A stretch of DNA of 64,000 bases, taken from contig JAZDHH010000015.1 of assembly GCA_043806015.1 (NCBI GenBank), positions 13,796 to 77,795 on the forward strand, in the 5' to 3' direction. How positions within the stretch are numbered: position 1 is the stretch's first letter; the number at the start of each line of letters is the position of its first letter. This document shows positions 36,576-46,717 of the stretch, in pieces. Made by a program: the position numbers and the translations under genes. Below the pieces are notes generated by a model. The model was given only the letters and a program-made list of their open reading frames with translations, was not told where the DNA came from and made no database searches. This DNA is from Nanobdellota archaeon (GTDB lineage: Archaea > Nanobdellota > Nanobdellia > Woesearchaeales > JAHIVG01).

Positions 36576-37582
36576 ACCTTGCTGAGCGGATCAAACGATT
36601 CAGAAGCCGTCCGTTCACGGATCAGCTCGAAGCTGCCGTCGCCCTGAGCGACGTCGATGACACGCTCATCACCAACGCACACAAGGCCGCCGCCCGGCTC
36701 GCACTCCTAAAACAGCACAGAATCGGCTTGCTTGGCAAAGCGGCCTTCGCGGCAGCGAGCTGGGGACAGGAGCAGCTCCCTCGGCCTTTCCGGCCGAGCT
36801 ATGACCGAAGCATCAGACGGCGCGCACGAATGCTCAAGGGCGTGCCAACCGAACTCTATGATACGCGGGTCCCGGAGCTCGTCTATCTCCTCCCCACCGC
36901 TATCTATGCAGCGCTCGCGACGCGGTATGCGCTCCGGCTGGAGGGGGCTCCGGACATCATCCCCATTCTCGAGATCACCCGAAGCTGCGAGCCGACATAC
37001 GACCGCATCCAGCAGACTCGACTGCCGAACAACCCAAACGCCGAACTGTTGAACGGAATGGTCACGATCGGCGGCCGCCGCCTCGACCTTGCCCCCTTCC
37101 TAGACGGTTTCCCCGAGGTCCAAGAAGCACGAAGAGGAGCTATGGAACAGGACACGCATTCCATCTATGGCATCCTCGAAGCGTACGGCATCGTCCTGGT
37201 CGGGCCCGTCGGCAACCGCCTCGGGCGGCAGAACGGCACCTTTGACGGGACGGTCGAGATTGGCGAGCATGCCCTGGATGTCCAAGCCTATCAGGCTGAG
37301 CGTGGCGCTTCCTTCGATGGCTGCAGGCTCGTCTCCCAAGACTGGAAACTCAGGCTCCTCACCCAAGGCCTGGGCGGCAGGGAGCTGGTCCTCCTCGGCG
37401 ACCGGGAAGAGCATCACGCCCTCGGGAAAAGCCTGGAAAGCGCGGGCAAGCAGCACCTCCTCCTCAATATCGGCGACCATCATCTTCTGGAACATAACAT
37501 TGAGGAACTTGTCCGGCATTATAGCCTCCATCCTGAGCAATATCAGGCTGCCTGGGCAGCTGTTCGAAGCCTTTCTCGATGA
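36572..37582 (+). CDS. hypothetical Ala/Arg/Leu-rich protein, translationally coupled to rps2
   Basis: Strong G/C third-position bias on the plus strand. ATGA overlap with the rps2 stop. No recognised domain. Confidence 0.5.
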   Translation: MNLAERIKRFRSRPFTDQLEAAVALSDVDDTLITNAHKAAARLALLKQHRIGLLGKAAFAAASWGQEQLPRPFRPSYDRSIRRRARMLKGVPTELYDTRVPELVYLLPTAIYAALATRYALRLEGAPDIIPILEITRSCEPTYDRIQQTRLPNNPNAELLNGMVTIGGRRLDLAPFLDGFPEVQEARRGAMEQDTHSIYGILEAYGIVLVGPVGNRLGRQNGTFDGTVEIGEHALDVQAYQAERGASFDGCRLVSQDWKLRLLTQGLGGRELVLLGDREEHHALGKSLESAGKQHLLLNIGDHHLLEHNIEELVRHYSLHPEQYQAAWAAVRSLSR

Positions 37583-38171
37583 TCCTGAAGCGACATGAAG
37601 CGCCTTCTGCGGTGAACCGGTGCTTGCGCAGGATGGCCAAACGGCCTTGCCCGTCCCGCCGCAATTCGACGATGCACTTGCTCCAGTACTCGAGAAGGTC
37701 TCCTCCCGCCTGCTGCACCTCTTCGGTGCCGAACGGGGTATAGGCATGGTTGACCAGGATGACCGGTATGTGCGCCCTTCTGGAGATGCGGGCCAGCACC
37801 GCGAGTTGGACCGCCATCGCCCGGTTGACCATCACCGGGTCCTTGGCCTTCGCAAGCTCTAGGCGATAGGGCGTAGCGATTGAGTCCACGATAAGCATGG
37901 ACAACGGAGGCAGCTGCCTGGAAAGAGAGAGCAGGTGGCGCTGCAGCTCCAAGAAGGAATACGCCGGCAGGACGGTGAACGGAAAAGGCCCTATCTGTTT
38001 CAGCCGTTCGCCGGAAACGCCGCATTCAGTATCGATGACCAAGGGGTTTCCCTGCACTGCGACCGTCTTTGCCGCGAGAAGGCAATAGGTCGTCTTGCCT
38101 ATGCCTGCCGGTCCGAAGACCGTTGTGATGATCCCCGGCTCGATTTCGAAGAATGAGAGCGGATCGATCAT
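37464..38171 (-). CDS. radB: RadB/KaiC-like RecA-superfamily ATPase
   Basis: Walker A GPAGIGKTT, ~235 aa. Its 3' end overlaps the convergent gene 36572-37582 by ~118 nt. Confidence 0.75.
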   Translation of the reverse strand: MIDPLSFFEIEPGIITTVFGPAGIGKTTYCLLAAKTVAVQGNPLVIDTECGVSGERLKQIGPFPFTVLPAYSFLELQRHLLSLSRQLPPLSMLIVDSIATPYRLELAKAKDPVMVNRAMAVQLAVLARISRRAHIPVILVNHAYTPFGTEEVQQAGGDLLEYWSKCIVELRRDGQGRLAILRKHRFTAEGASCRFRIIEKGFEQLPRQPDIAQDGGYNAGQVPQCYVPEDDGRRY

Positions 38172-38289
38172 ACCCCTATAAATCTGAAGATGCATTCATA
38201 TAGTTATCCCCCCTTTTTCCGGAAAAAAACAGTTCTTTGCCGCACTCTTTTCGAAAGGTTTTTTATACTCTCGTCGATTCCCCGACGCC

Positions 38290-39759
38290 ATGAAAACAAG
38301 GAATCTTTGGATATTGGCTGGGATCTTCCTTGCCGTCCTCTGCCTACGGCTCGTGCTCGCCTTCCGGACACCGTATTTTGAGTTTGATAGCTACGGGGCC
38401 TTGCGTCAGGTGACCGCAATCGAGGAAACCTGGCGGCCTCTCCGCATAGACAACCTCGGCTATGGCGGCCGGGAGCTGTCGCCACAGCCATTCTATGACT
38501 ATATCCTCGCCTTCGGAAAAAAAGCCACCCCTCTCGCCCTCAAAATCCTCCCCAACCTCTTCATAAGCCTGCTAGTCATCATCGCTTTCGTCACGGCGAG
38601 ACGCGTGACGAAAAACGACGAAGCCGCGCTCATCGCCGCCTTCGCCGCCGGCTTCGTTCCCATGGTCTTCCAGACGACCATCTACTCGCTCTCCCCATTG
38701 GCCCTGGCCACCCCCCTCCTGTTCCTTTGCCTCTACTTTTTCATCGACATCGACAAAGAGCATGCCCTCATCAACTACCTCCTGTGCTTCCTCATCCTGG
38801 CTCTCATCAGCCCGCTCGTCTTCGTCCTCGTCATCGGACTCCTCCTTTACCTTTTCATCGCAAAGCTCGAACGCTTCCCCACCGGCAGGGCGGAAGTCGA
38901 GGTCGCCCTCTTCTCCACATTCTTTTCCCTCTGGCTCCAGTTCGTGATCCACAAAAAACCAATCTTACACCACGGCCTGAACATGATCTGGCAGAACGTC
39001 CCCAAGAGCCTTCTCGGGGAGATGTTCTTCAACCTCTCTTTCCTCGATTCCATCAACCGCATCGGCCTTCTGCCCTTCCTCTGCGGCCTGTTCATCGTCT
39101 ACCGGTACCTGTTCAAAGAAAAGAACAGGGTCATGCACCTCTTCATCAGCCTGGCCCTTTCCCTCGGCGTGCTCCTCACCCTGAAGCTGATGCCGCTGAT
39201 GATCGGCCTGTGCATCCTCGGCGTGCTCCTCACGCTGCTCTTCGCGGTGTTCCTCGACCAGTTCTTCGGCTTCATCGAGAAGACGAAAGTGCGACAATAC
39301 CATCTCCTGTTCTTCATCGGCATCATTTCCTTGTTCATCATTTCCTCCGTCCTGCCGGCGCTGTTGCTTGCCGACCGACAATTGGCGGGGTCAGTCCCCG
39401 GTCCCGATGAGATCGCCGCCATGTCCTGGCTCAAGGCGAACGCCAAAGGCGCTGTCGCGGCGCCGCTCAACAGCGGCTTCCTCATCGAGGCTGTCGCCGA
39501 ACGGCCGACCATAGCCGACAGGGACTTCCTCATGGCGCCTGATGTGCAGCAGCGGCTTTCGGACATCGACAAGACGTTCACCACACCCCACAAGACCGAT
39601 GCCTTGGCCTTGCTCGAGAAATACGGCGCCAGTTACCTGTACGCCCCTCCGGACATGGTCCTCAAGGACACAATAACGGCAAGCGACTGCTTCCAACTGG
39701 TCTTTGACCGCGGCGCGATGATCTACAAGGCTACCTGTAGGCTGGGGGCATCCCCGTGA
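38290..39759 (+). CDS. polytopic membrane protein, GT-C/PMT-like glycosyltransferase candidate with extracytoplasmic C-terminal domain
   Basis: At least 10 TM helices, then a soluble C-terminal domain. Confidence 0.5.
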   Translation: MKTRNLWILAGIFLAVLCLRLVLAFRTPYFEFDSYGALRQVTAIEETWRPLRIDNLGYGGRELSPQPFYDYILAFGKKATPLALKILPNLFISLLVIIAFVTARRVTKNDEAALIAAFAAGFVPMVFQTTIYSLSPLALATPLLFLCLYFFIDIDKEHALINYLLCFLILALISPLVFVLVIGLLLYLFIAKLERFPTGRAEVEVALFSTFFSLWLQFVIHKKPILHHGLNMIWQNVPKSLLGEMFFNLSFLDSINRIGLLPFLCGLFIVYRYLFKEKNRVMHLFISLALSLGVLLTLKLMPLMIGLCILGVLLTLLFAVFLDQFFGFIEKTKVRQYHLLFFIGIISLFIISSVLPALLLADRQLAGSVPGPDEIAAMSWLKANAKGAVAAPLNSGFLIEAVAERPTIADRDFLMAPDVQQRLSDIDKTFTTPHKTDALALLEKYGASYLYAPPDMVLKDTITASDCFQLVFDRGAMIYKATCRLGASP

Positions 39760-41042
39760 AAAAAGAACACCAACTGCTCTTGCTCCTCGTCGCCGTGGCG
39801 CTCATGCTCGCCATCCCCTTGGCCATCAGAGCGAAGCACGATGGAGGACTGCTCATCGGCCCTGAGCCGTATCTTGCCCTGGCTCACCGCGAGCTCACCG
39901 CTTTCAGCCTTCTCATCCTGGCCGGCGAAGCCATAGGCCCCGAGCACGTCGTGCGTTTCCTGCCCGGCATCTGCCTCCTGGCCGTCGCCCTCGTAAGCTA
40001 TACGCTCATCAGGAAAAGAGGCCGCGGCCACCGCTTCGCCATCATCGCTATCGGCCTTTTCGCTTTTTCGTCCGCGGCGATTGCGGCAGGACTCCGCTTC
40101 GGAGAGACCGCCCTCCACTTCGCCCTCGCAACTCTCGCCTTGCATTTCTTCCTCAGGCGGAAGGCTTGGCCGGTCTCCATCCTGTTCCTCAGCGTCATCG
40201 CCTGGAGCAATCCGGCGTCCGGCCTCATCACCCTCGTGAGCCTTTTCGCCTTTTCCGTAGGCTTCCGCCGACTCCTTCGCTTCTGCGCCGTCCTTATCCT
40301 TCCTGCCCTGACCATCCTTCTGCGAGGGCTTCATTTCCCCCAGGTCGCCTCTGCGGAAAGCATCGTCGCTGACTTCGGGTCGGTCATCGGCATATCCCTC
40401 TTCGCCATCCTCGCCGGCATCGGCGGCCTGGTCATCTGCTGGAGGCGGCGAGAGAAGCTTTCCGCCCTGTACCTCTTCCTCGCGATCACCCTGGTCGCCT
40501 TCCGCTTCTGGCCTGTCGAGGCTATGCTTTTCCTGGCTTTCTCTTTCGCCCTGTTCGGCGCCTTCGCGGTCGAGCGCCTATTTTCCATGAGATGGCAGCT
40601 CCAGCTCATTAAGTCATTGACGCTCATCACTTTTGCCTGCGGCATATTGTTCTCTGCGCTGGTGAGCATCCAGACCATGACGGCGGAGAAGCCCACTCCG
40701 GAGATGGTGCAGAGCTATCTCCAGCTGCATCGCCTGCCCCCCGGCATCGTCCTCAGCTATTCAGACTATTCTCCTTTCGTCAACTTCTTCTCCGGAAAGG
40801 GCGCTGTGCCCGAGGAAGCCGGCGACGCAATCTTCTATGCCCAGGAATTCCAGGATACTGTCAATCTTCTCCAACAGCAGAACGTCAGCTACATCTGGAT
40901 CGACACGGAGATGCGGCACGGCCTGGTATGGGACAATGAGGAGCAAGGCCTGCTCTACATGCTGCGCAACAACGTGACGTTCAAGAAGATCTACAACCGG
41001 AGCGGGATCGAGATCTGGACGGTCAATGCTTCCGCAACTTGA
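39756..41042 (+). CDS. polytopic membrane protein, tandem paralog of the upstream gene
   Basis: Same architecture as 38290-39759. ATGA-coupled to it. Confidence 0.5.
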   Translation: MKKEHQLLLLLVAVALMLAIPLAIRAKHDGGLLIGPEPYLALAHRELTAFSLLILAGEAIGPEHVVRFLPGICLLAVALVSYTLIRKRGRGHRFAIIAIGLFAFSSAAIAAGLRFGETALHFALATLALHFFLRRKAWPVSILFLSVIAWSNPASGLITLVSLFAFSVGFRRLLRFCAVLILPALTILLRGLHFPQVASAESIVADFGSVIGISLFAILAGIGGLVICWRRREKLSALYLFLAITLVAFRFWPVEAMLFLAFSFALFGAFAVERLFSMRWQLQLIKSLTLITFACGILFSALVSIQTMTAEKPTPEMVQSYLQLHRLPPGIVLSYSDYSPFVNFFSGKGAVPEEAGDAIFYAQEFQDTVNLLQQQNVSYIWIDTEMRHGLVWDNEEQGLLYMLRNNVTFKKIYNRSGIEIWTVNASAT

Positions 41043-41463
41043 TCAAGTCACCGATGGTCAACTGGCCTGAGGGCGCGACCTTCTGCGCTCCCTGCTGCTC
41101 ATCGACCTGTTCCACAAGCCGTATCCCTAAAAGATGCTCGAACTTCCGAGCCATCGGGATCGGCGGCTCGAAGCTGGAAGTCTCGATCTTGTGGATGAGC
41201 GAGACCTTCTCAGTTACCTTCTTTGCGAAGTCCTCATGATTCAGGCCGAGGGCTTCCCGCTTCTTGCGCATGCGCTCCGCGTAATCGGCCATGATGTGCT
41301 GCTCGGTCTTCGGCTTCTGCGGCAAAGCCTGCGGCTGCTGCCTCGGCTGTACCGCGCGGACCATCATGCCATGGCGGCTGCAGCGCTTGCAGACCGTCAG
41401 ATGCGTCCCTTCGATATCCACAACGAAGAGCTGGTCCTCTGAACCGCACATCTCGCATTGCAT
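41023..41463 (-). CDS. mbf1: archaeal MBF1-like protein (zinc ribbon plus XRE-type HTH)
   Basis: CEMCG…CKRC zinc ribbon and HTH …LGLNHEDFAKKVTEKVSLIHKIETS…. TTTATA about 24 nt upstream of ATG 41463. Confidence 0.8.
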   Translation of the reverse strand: MQCEMCGSEDQLFVVDIEGTHLTVCKRCSRHGMMVRAVQPRQQPQALPQKPKTEQHIMADYAERMRKKREALGLNHEDFAKKVTEKVSLIHKIETSSFEPPIPMARKFEHLLGIRLVEQVDEQQGAQKVAPSGQLTIGDLIKLRKH

Positions 41464-41495
41464 AGCCCTGGCGAGGCTTTCCGAGTATAAAAACG

Positions 41496-42323
41496 TTATG
41501 CTGGCCGAACAGAGAATTTCTTCACCAGCCTGGAGGGGTGGTAGCTCAGCTTCGCCTTCCGCAGCCCGGGGATGCCCAGGTCCTGCTCCCGATTGATCCA
41601 TGGGAAAGCGGAAAGGCGCTCGGCAAAGGCCTTGTTGACGAATGCGGAAAGCCCCCGGTAGTCGTTGTTGGCCTTCTCGAAGTGGATGACGTACGTGTCC
41701 TGGTTAAGGGGCTCGCCGAGGGCGAAGGCCTCGATGATGCCGTTGACGCGCACCGCGACTCCCTGGACAGCCAGTTCTTTGAGACACCTGAAGGATGCTT
41801 GGATCGCGTCATATTCGCCCTTGAGGAGCTCCCCTTCGCAATTGTGTTTCCTGCACCAGTCTTCCATGACCACGAGGCATTCATCCCTGTTTTTCAGAGA
41901 GACCTCCTCGACCTCAGGGGACAGCGCCGTGGCGCTATTGACGAAGCTGCGCTTCTCCTCATAACGGCTTCCCTGCAGCGTCGCAAGATCGCCCTGAGCG
42001 TAGACGTAGTCCTCTTGCGGCCGGTCCTCCTCGACAGCGAATCCCAGGGCTTTTGCTTTGGCAGCGAAAGACTCGTCCGTACGCAGCACCGGAGCATCGA
42101 TGCTTGGAAGCAGCTTTTCCGGAGCAGCCCCCACGGGCATGAAGAAGAAGGGCTTCATGACAGCAGCCTTGATGAGCAGATGGCCTTGTCGCTCTTCCCA
42201 GATTATTGGCCGAGCCTGCGTCCAGCAGAACAGGTTGGTGAACGTCAGCTCGGAGATGACAGGGGGGAAGCGGTTGAAATAGCGGTCAAAGAGTGTCTTG
42301 TCCTTGAGCTGGATTTCCTGCAT
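41496..42323 (-). CDS. DUF2156 (MprF C-terminal/GNAT-like) domain protein
   Basis: …LFDRYFNRFPPVISELTFTNLFCW… is typical of the DUF2156 family. Confidence 0.55.
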   Translation of the reverse strand: MQEIQLKDKTLFDRYFNRFPPVISELTFTNLFCWTQARPIIWEERQGHLLIKAAVMKPFFFMPVGAAPEKLLPSIDAPVLRTDESFAAKAKALGFAVEEDRPQEDYVYAQGDLATLQGSRYEEKRSFVNSATALSPEVEEVSLKNRDECLVVMEDWCRKHNCEGELLKGEYDAIQASFRCLKELAVQGVAVRVNGIIEAFALGEPLNQDTYVIHFEKANNDYRGLSAFVNKAFAERLSAFPWINREQDLGIPGLRKAKLSYHPSRLVKKFSVRPA

Positions 42324-42327
42324 GCGT

Positions 42328-43488
42328 TCAGATGCCCGCGTCCTTTCGGATGATCTCTGCCTTGTCCGTCCTCTCCCAGGTGAAGTCAGGATCATCCCTG
42401 CCGAAATGGCCGTACGCGGCGGTCTTCCTGAAGATCGGCCGTCGCAGCTTCAGATGCTCGATGATCGCTGCCGGCTTCATGGAGAAGTGCTTGAACACCA
42501 GCTCGCTGATGCGCTCTTCAGGGATCTTGTTCGTGCCGAAGCATTCGACCGCCACCGAGGTCGGCTGCGCGACGCCGATGCAGTAGGACACGGACACTTC
42601 GCATTTCTCTGCGAGGCCCGCGGCAACGAGGTTCTTGGCAATATAGCGGGCCATGTAGGCACCGCTCCGGTCGACCTTGCTCGGATCCTTTCCGGAGAAG
42701 CATCCTCCGCCATGGCGGCCGATGCCGCCATACGTATCGACGATGATCTTCCTTCCGGTGACCCCGGTGTCGCCCTCCGGTCCGCCGATCACGAAGCGGC
42801 CGGTCGCGTTGACAAATATCTTTGTCTTGGGGTCAAGCCATCTGCCCATGACCGGCTGGATGACGTTGGTGATTATGTCCTCCCGCACCCTCGCTTCCGC
42901 TACGGATTCCTGATGCTGCGCCGCGATGACCACCGCGTCGGATCGCAGGGCTTTGCCATCATGATATTCGATGGTGACCTGCGCCTTGCCGTCCGGCCCG
43001 AGATAGGGCAGCAGCTTGCCTTTCCTGACTTCCGCGAGCCTCCGCGTCAGCTTATGGGCGAGCAGGATGGGGAGAGGCATAAGCTCAGGGGTCTCGTTGC
43101 AGGCGAAGCCATACATTATGCCTTGGTCGCCGGCGCCCTGCTCATGGTCCTTGTCCTGGTTGACGCCGGCGGCGATGTCCGGGCTTTGCGCATGGATGGA
43201 GACGAGAACGCCTGCGTCATAGGCATCGATGCCATAGCTCGGGTCGGTGTAGCCGATCTCCGCGAGGACATTGCGAGTGAGCTTCTGGACATCCACGAAG
43301 CCTTTCGTGGTGACTTCGCCGGCGCAGATGATGAGGCCGGTCGTGGTCAAGCACTCAATCGCGACCCTGGACGCGGGATCCTGCCGTATGAGCTCATCGA
43401 CGATAGCGTCGCTGATCTGGTCGCAGATCTTGTCCGGATGGCCTTCGGTGACACTCTCAGAGGTAACTAATTTTTTCATCGCAATCAC
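42328..43488 (-). CDS. mat: S-adenosylmethionine synthetase, archaeal type (MAT)
   Basis: Full-length archaeal MAT, 386 aa. TATATAAAT at 43512-43520 upstream. Confidence 0.95.
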   Translation of the reverse strand: MIAMKKLVTSESVTEGHPDKICDQISDAIVDELIRQDPASRVAIECLTTTGLIICAGEVTTKGFVDVQKLTRNVLAEIGYTDPSYGIDAYDAGVLVSIHAQSPDIAAGVNQDKDHEQGAGDQGIMYGFACNETPELMPLPILLAHKLTRRLAEVRKGKLLPYLGPDGKAQVTIEYHDGKALRSDAVVIAAQHQESVAEARVREDIITNVIQPVMGRWLDPKTKIFVNATGRFVIGGPEGDTGVTGRKIIVDTYGGIGRHGGGCFSGKDPSKVDRSGAYMARYIAKNLVAAGLAEKCEVSVSYCIGVAQPTSVAVECFGTNKIPEERISELVFKHFSMKPAAIIEHLKLRRPIFRKTAAYGHFGRDDPDFTWERTDKAEIIRKDAGI

Positions 43489-43521
43489 CCGGGCGAGGGG
43501 CTTGAGAAGACTATATAAATA

Positions 43522-44217
43522 TTATGGGGCGGGGAAGGCGTAGAACCGGTCTCCGAGCACGAAGCATTGGCGGAGCCGTGCCTTGCGGAGCAGCGGGCCG
43601 AGCCTGCTGCCTTGCACATCACTGCCTTCCACGAGCGGATGGAAGGAAGGCAGCACGAGCAGCTTCTTCCTCTTCCATGTCGCCCAGACAAAGCATTTGA
43701 ACCGCTCTTCCCTGACGCCGGAGCGGACGGTGAAAGCGGGATGCTCATGACCGATGAACAGCACTTTGGCGCTTCTCACGATCAATTCCCTGTCGCCATG
43801 GAGAAAGGCATACGCACCCACCGCATGGCTTTTCACCAGGGATACCCCCCGTTTTGCGAGGATCGGCCTGAGCGCCGTGTCATGGTTCCCTTCGACCACG
43901 ATGACCTTCCGGCCCTGCTGCAACAGGTCGAGAAGCCGCAAGGTGTCCCTCCATTCCTGCTCATTGATCCCGCCAAAGTCATGCTTGACATCTCCCAGGA
44001 TGACGACGGTCTCCGGTCTTAACTGCGAGAGCAAGGAGGCCATCGTCGCCCTGATCTGCTGGAACTGCGTCTTGGGCACCAGGATGCCTTTCTGTAAAAG
44101 CGCTTGCTCATAGCCGAGGTGCAGGTCTGCTATGACGAGCGTCCGCCCCCTACGCAGGAAGGCAGCGGGGCCACAGAGCAGGATGTCCTCGGTGAGGGCA
44201 TAGCGGGGGAGCGCCAT
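43522..44217 (-). CDS. calcineurin-like metallophosphoesterase
   Basis: D-x-H…GD…GNHD motifs (IADLHLG, ILGDVKHD, EGNHD). Confidence 0.8.
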   Translation of the reverse strand: MALPRYALTEDILLCGPAAFLRRGRTLVIADLHLGYEQALLQKGILVPKTQFQQIRATMASLLSQLRPETVVILGDVKHDFGGINEQEWRDTLRLLDLLQQGRKVIVVEGNHDTALRPILAKRGVSLVKSHAVGAYAFLHGDRELIVRSAKVLFIGHEHPAFTVRSGVREERFKCFVWATWKRKKLLVLPSFHPLVEGSDVQGSRLGPLLRKARLRQCFVLGDRFYAFPAP

Positions 44218-44270
44218 GACTGCAGAAAGGTGAGAAAACTATTTAAACACTCCGACCTTCGAGACCTCTT

Positions 44271-44435
44271 ATGTGGGCTTGGAAAAAAAAGAGGGCTCTC
44301 CTCGAGGCGAGGCGTGTCGAGCGCGACATCAGGAAAGACCTCCCCCTCAGAGACATCAAGGAGTCCCATGCCGCCTTCGACCGACAGGTCAAGCAGCTGG
44401 AGTCCATCGTCTCCAAAAAAAAGAAAAAGCGCTAG
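44271..44435 (+). CDS. small basic coiled-coil protein (54 aa, not in the ORF track)
   Basis: TTTAAA about 25 nt upstream of ATG 44271. Strong GC3 bias. Translation: MWAWKKKRALLEARRVERDIRKDLPLRDIKESHAAFDRQVKQLESIVSKKKKKR. Confidence 0.35.
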   Translation: MWAWKKKRALLEARRVERDIRKDLPLRDIKESHAAFDRQVKQLESIVSKKKKKR

Positions 44436-45217
44436 TCCTTCAGGAAAGACTGCAGCGACCGCATACCCCTCGGCATTTTCATCTGCTTCGCGACCGCCTG
44501 CGCTTCTTTGTGCTCCAGGAGAATCCTGATGAACCTCTTCCTCGTCCGTGACGTCAGGACGCGGGTCAGCAAGGCGTCCGCCAGCCGCTCTGGCTTGGTG
44601 AGCGTCGATTCCTGCAGCATCGAGACAAGCATCTCCTCCTGGGCTTCCTTGCCCATGATCTTCTTGAGGTTGTCCGCGCTGAAGAGCTCCTGCACAAAGC
44701 GCTCCTTGGCCTGCTGCTTGAGGATCTTCTGGTCGCCGGTGTCGCTCAGCAGGCTGGCGAGCAGCTGCGGATTGGCCATGAGGATGTACTTCACGATCTG
44801 CATCGTGCGGACGACGCTGTTGCGGTAGTTCTGCTTGTCCAGGTGCAGGATGACCTCGGCCAGGATGCTTTCAAAGGAGATGACCTCGATGCCCTTCACC
44901 TTGGGCTCGCGCGCCAGGCCGAGGACGAGCACCTTGCGATATGGCTTGCTTGCGCCGACGAAATGCTCGATGAGGTCGTTGACCTTCTCCACCACCCCCT
45001 TGTCGAAGAACTTCGCCTCGTAATCCTCCGCCTTGAGGTTCTCCGACGGAGTGATCGACACCTGCGTCTCCATGTGCATGACATCCTTGAGGTTGCCGTC
45101 CTCGAGGCAGATCGCGAAGGTGTCCACCTCCCGGTTGTGCGCGACGCGGATGCTGTTCATGGTGAAAAAGCCCTTCTTGTGGAGCCACCAGTTGATGATC
45201 TCCTTCTCCGGATTCAT
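44432..45217 (-). CDS. hypothetical protein, possible PD-(D/E)xK-like N-terminal domain plus alpha-helical C-terminal domain
   Basis: …VDTFAICLEDGNLKDVMHMETQVS… candidate nuclease motif. Last gene of a four-gene minus-strand cassette. Confidence 0.45.
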   Translation of the reverse strand: MNPEKEIINWWLHKKGFFTMNSIRVAHNREVDTFAICLEDGNLKDVMHMETQVSITPSENLKAEDYEAKFFDKGVVEKVNDLIEHFVGASKPYRKVLVLGLAREPKVKGIEVISFESILAEVILHLDKQNYRNSVVRTMQIVKYILMANPQLLASLLSDTGDQKILKQQAKERFVQELFSADNLKKIMGKEAQEEMLVSMLQESTLTKPERLADALLTRVLTSRTRKRFIRILLEHKEAQAVAKQMKMPRGMRSLQSFLKD

Positions 45218-45909
45218 AGCGACACCCCCATCTTGCCCGCGAGCACGTCCCGCAGGTCATCTTCAGGAATAGAGCAGCCCCTGAGGCGCAGCCCCCAGAG
45301 CACGGCATCAAGCAAAACTTTTTTCGGCATCTTTTCAGGAAGATAATCGTCCAGCAGCCCGAGCTCCACCGCGACGAGGCAGAGCTCGAGCGAGCGTATC
45401 ACCCTGAGGCCGGACAGCCGCTTCTGGAGCGCGCGGAAGTTCTCCATGTCCACGACGATCTTGGTATGGAGCTTCTCCTGAAGGATGTCGCGGAGCCCCA
45501 AAGGCTGCTCGATGAGCAGCCGCGAGGTGCGCTCGTCGATGACGATGGCCTTCGCCTCATAGGCAAGGGCGCCGGCGATGGCCTCCACCTCCGCCTGGTG
45601 CAGCAGCGTGATGCTCGTGCCTTTCGCCGAGTAGAGGTTGTTTGCGAGGGCGAACAGTACGTCGCGGTCCTTGTCCAGCTTGCCGCGCGGCGCGATGACG
45701 AAGGTCCCGGTCTTGATCTCACGCAGGACCTGCAAGGCCTCGAACTCGAAGCGCTTGATGGCGAGCGGCTGCTCGACGAGCTCCCGCCTGACCGCCGGCG
45801 TGAGCAGGAACTGGCCCCTGAACCGCTCCTTGAGCGGCTTGAGGATCCAGAGCAGGTTGTTCGTGGCCAGGCTGATGACCGGTCCTGAGTCGAAGCTGAT
45901 GGTTCTCAT
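45214..45909 (-). CDS. hypothetical protein with PIN-like N-terminal region
   Basis: MRTISFDSGPVISLA… and …AIVIDERTSR… resemble PIN acidic motifs. ATGA-coupled on both sides. Confidence 0.45.
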   Translation of the reverse strand: MRTISFDSGPVISLATNNLLWILKPLKERFRGQFLLTPAVRRELVEQPLAIKRFEFEALQVLREIKTGTFVIAPRGKLDKDRDVLFALANNLYSAKGTSITLLHQAEVEAIAGALAYEAKAIVIDERTSRLLIEQPLGLRDILQEKLHTKIVVDMENFRALQKRLSGLRVIRSLELCLVAVELGLLDDYLPEKMPKKVLLDAVLWGLRLRGCSIPEDDLRDVLAGKMGVSL

Positions 45910-46439
45910 AGGTTGAAGAGCGATTTCGCCGTCTCGAAGCGCGCTTTCATGCTGATCTTTCCCTTGGGCGAGGGAAGCTCGTGCAGCTTCCCAACATAGC
46001 CCATGAGCTCCCATTGCGAGACACCCAGGATGGAGGCGGCCTGCGCCAGGGAGATGCCGTGCTCATATAATTTTGTCCCTTTCTTGATCTCGGCCTGGTT
46101 GATGACCTCGATGATGTAGAGGCGCAGCCGATGGTCCGCAGATTGGATGATGGTGAAGAGGGAACGGATGGTCTTGCGGTACGCGCCTTCATCGCCAGAT
46201 TTTAGTTGACATTCCGCCTGCGCGAGGCCTTCCCAGACGCCTTTGGGCATCCTGCCCTCCCGTTCCGTTATCTTGGACATTGCATAGAGCAGGATCGCGA
46301 CAGCGACAGAATCCTCGTCCTGGAAGATGGACGCGTTGTGGATGGTGTGGTTGCTCAGCTCCTTGATGGCCTGGACGCTCAATGACGGGTCGAGGGACCT
46401 GAGGACCTGAAGAATGTCATCGCGGACAACCGGTTCCAT
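45906..46439 (-). CDS. hypothetical HTH-containing protein
   Basis: C-terminal …GISLAQAASILGVSQWELMGYVGK… HTH. Confidence 0.5.
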   Translation of the reverse strand: MEPVVRDDILQVLRSLDPSLSVQAIKELSNHTIHNASIFQDEDSVAVAILLYAMSKITEREGRMPKGVWEGLAQAECQLKSGDEGAYRKTIRSLFTIIQSADHRLRLYIIEVINQAEIKKGTKLYEHGISLAQAASILGVSQWELMGYVGKLHELPSPKGKISMKARFETAKSLFNL

Positions 46440-46460
46440 ACTGTTGGAAAAAGCATGAGA

Positions 46461-46586
46461 TTATTTAAAATTTTCCTGGCGATCCCTTTCTGTGAGCCGC
46501 AAATCGACGACTTCCTGCTGCTTCAGCATGGACTCGACTTCAGAACGTGTCATCCCTAACAACGCTGCGAGGTCATCCACTTTCAT
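46461..46586 (-). CDS. small HTH (excisionase/MerR-like) protein
   Basis: MKVDDLAALLGMTRSEVESMLKQ…. The ORF may start further upstream, at 46685. Confidence 0.3.
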   Translation of the reverse strand: MKVDDLAALLGMTRSEVESMLKQQEVVDLRLTERDRQENFK

Positions 46587-46717
46587 TAGCCCGAAACGTG
46601 CATGAGGTGATTCATAAATGTTTTGGTTCTCAAAAAACGCGCCATTTCTCCATGCATTGAAAAAGGATATGCACGACAATAGCAACGTTTATAAACATCC
46701 CTAGCCAAAAATAATGC

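Noticed and set aside
42298-43470. 390-aa plus-strand ORF
   Set aside because: Antisense to the archaeal MAT gene. No domain-like sequence.
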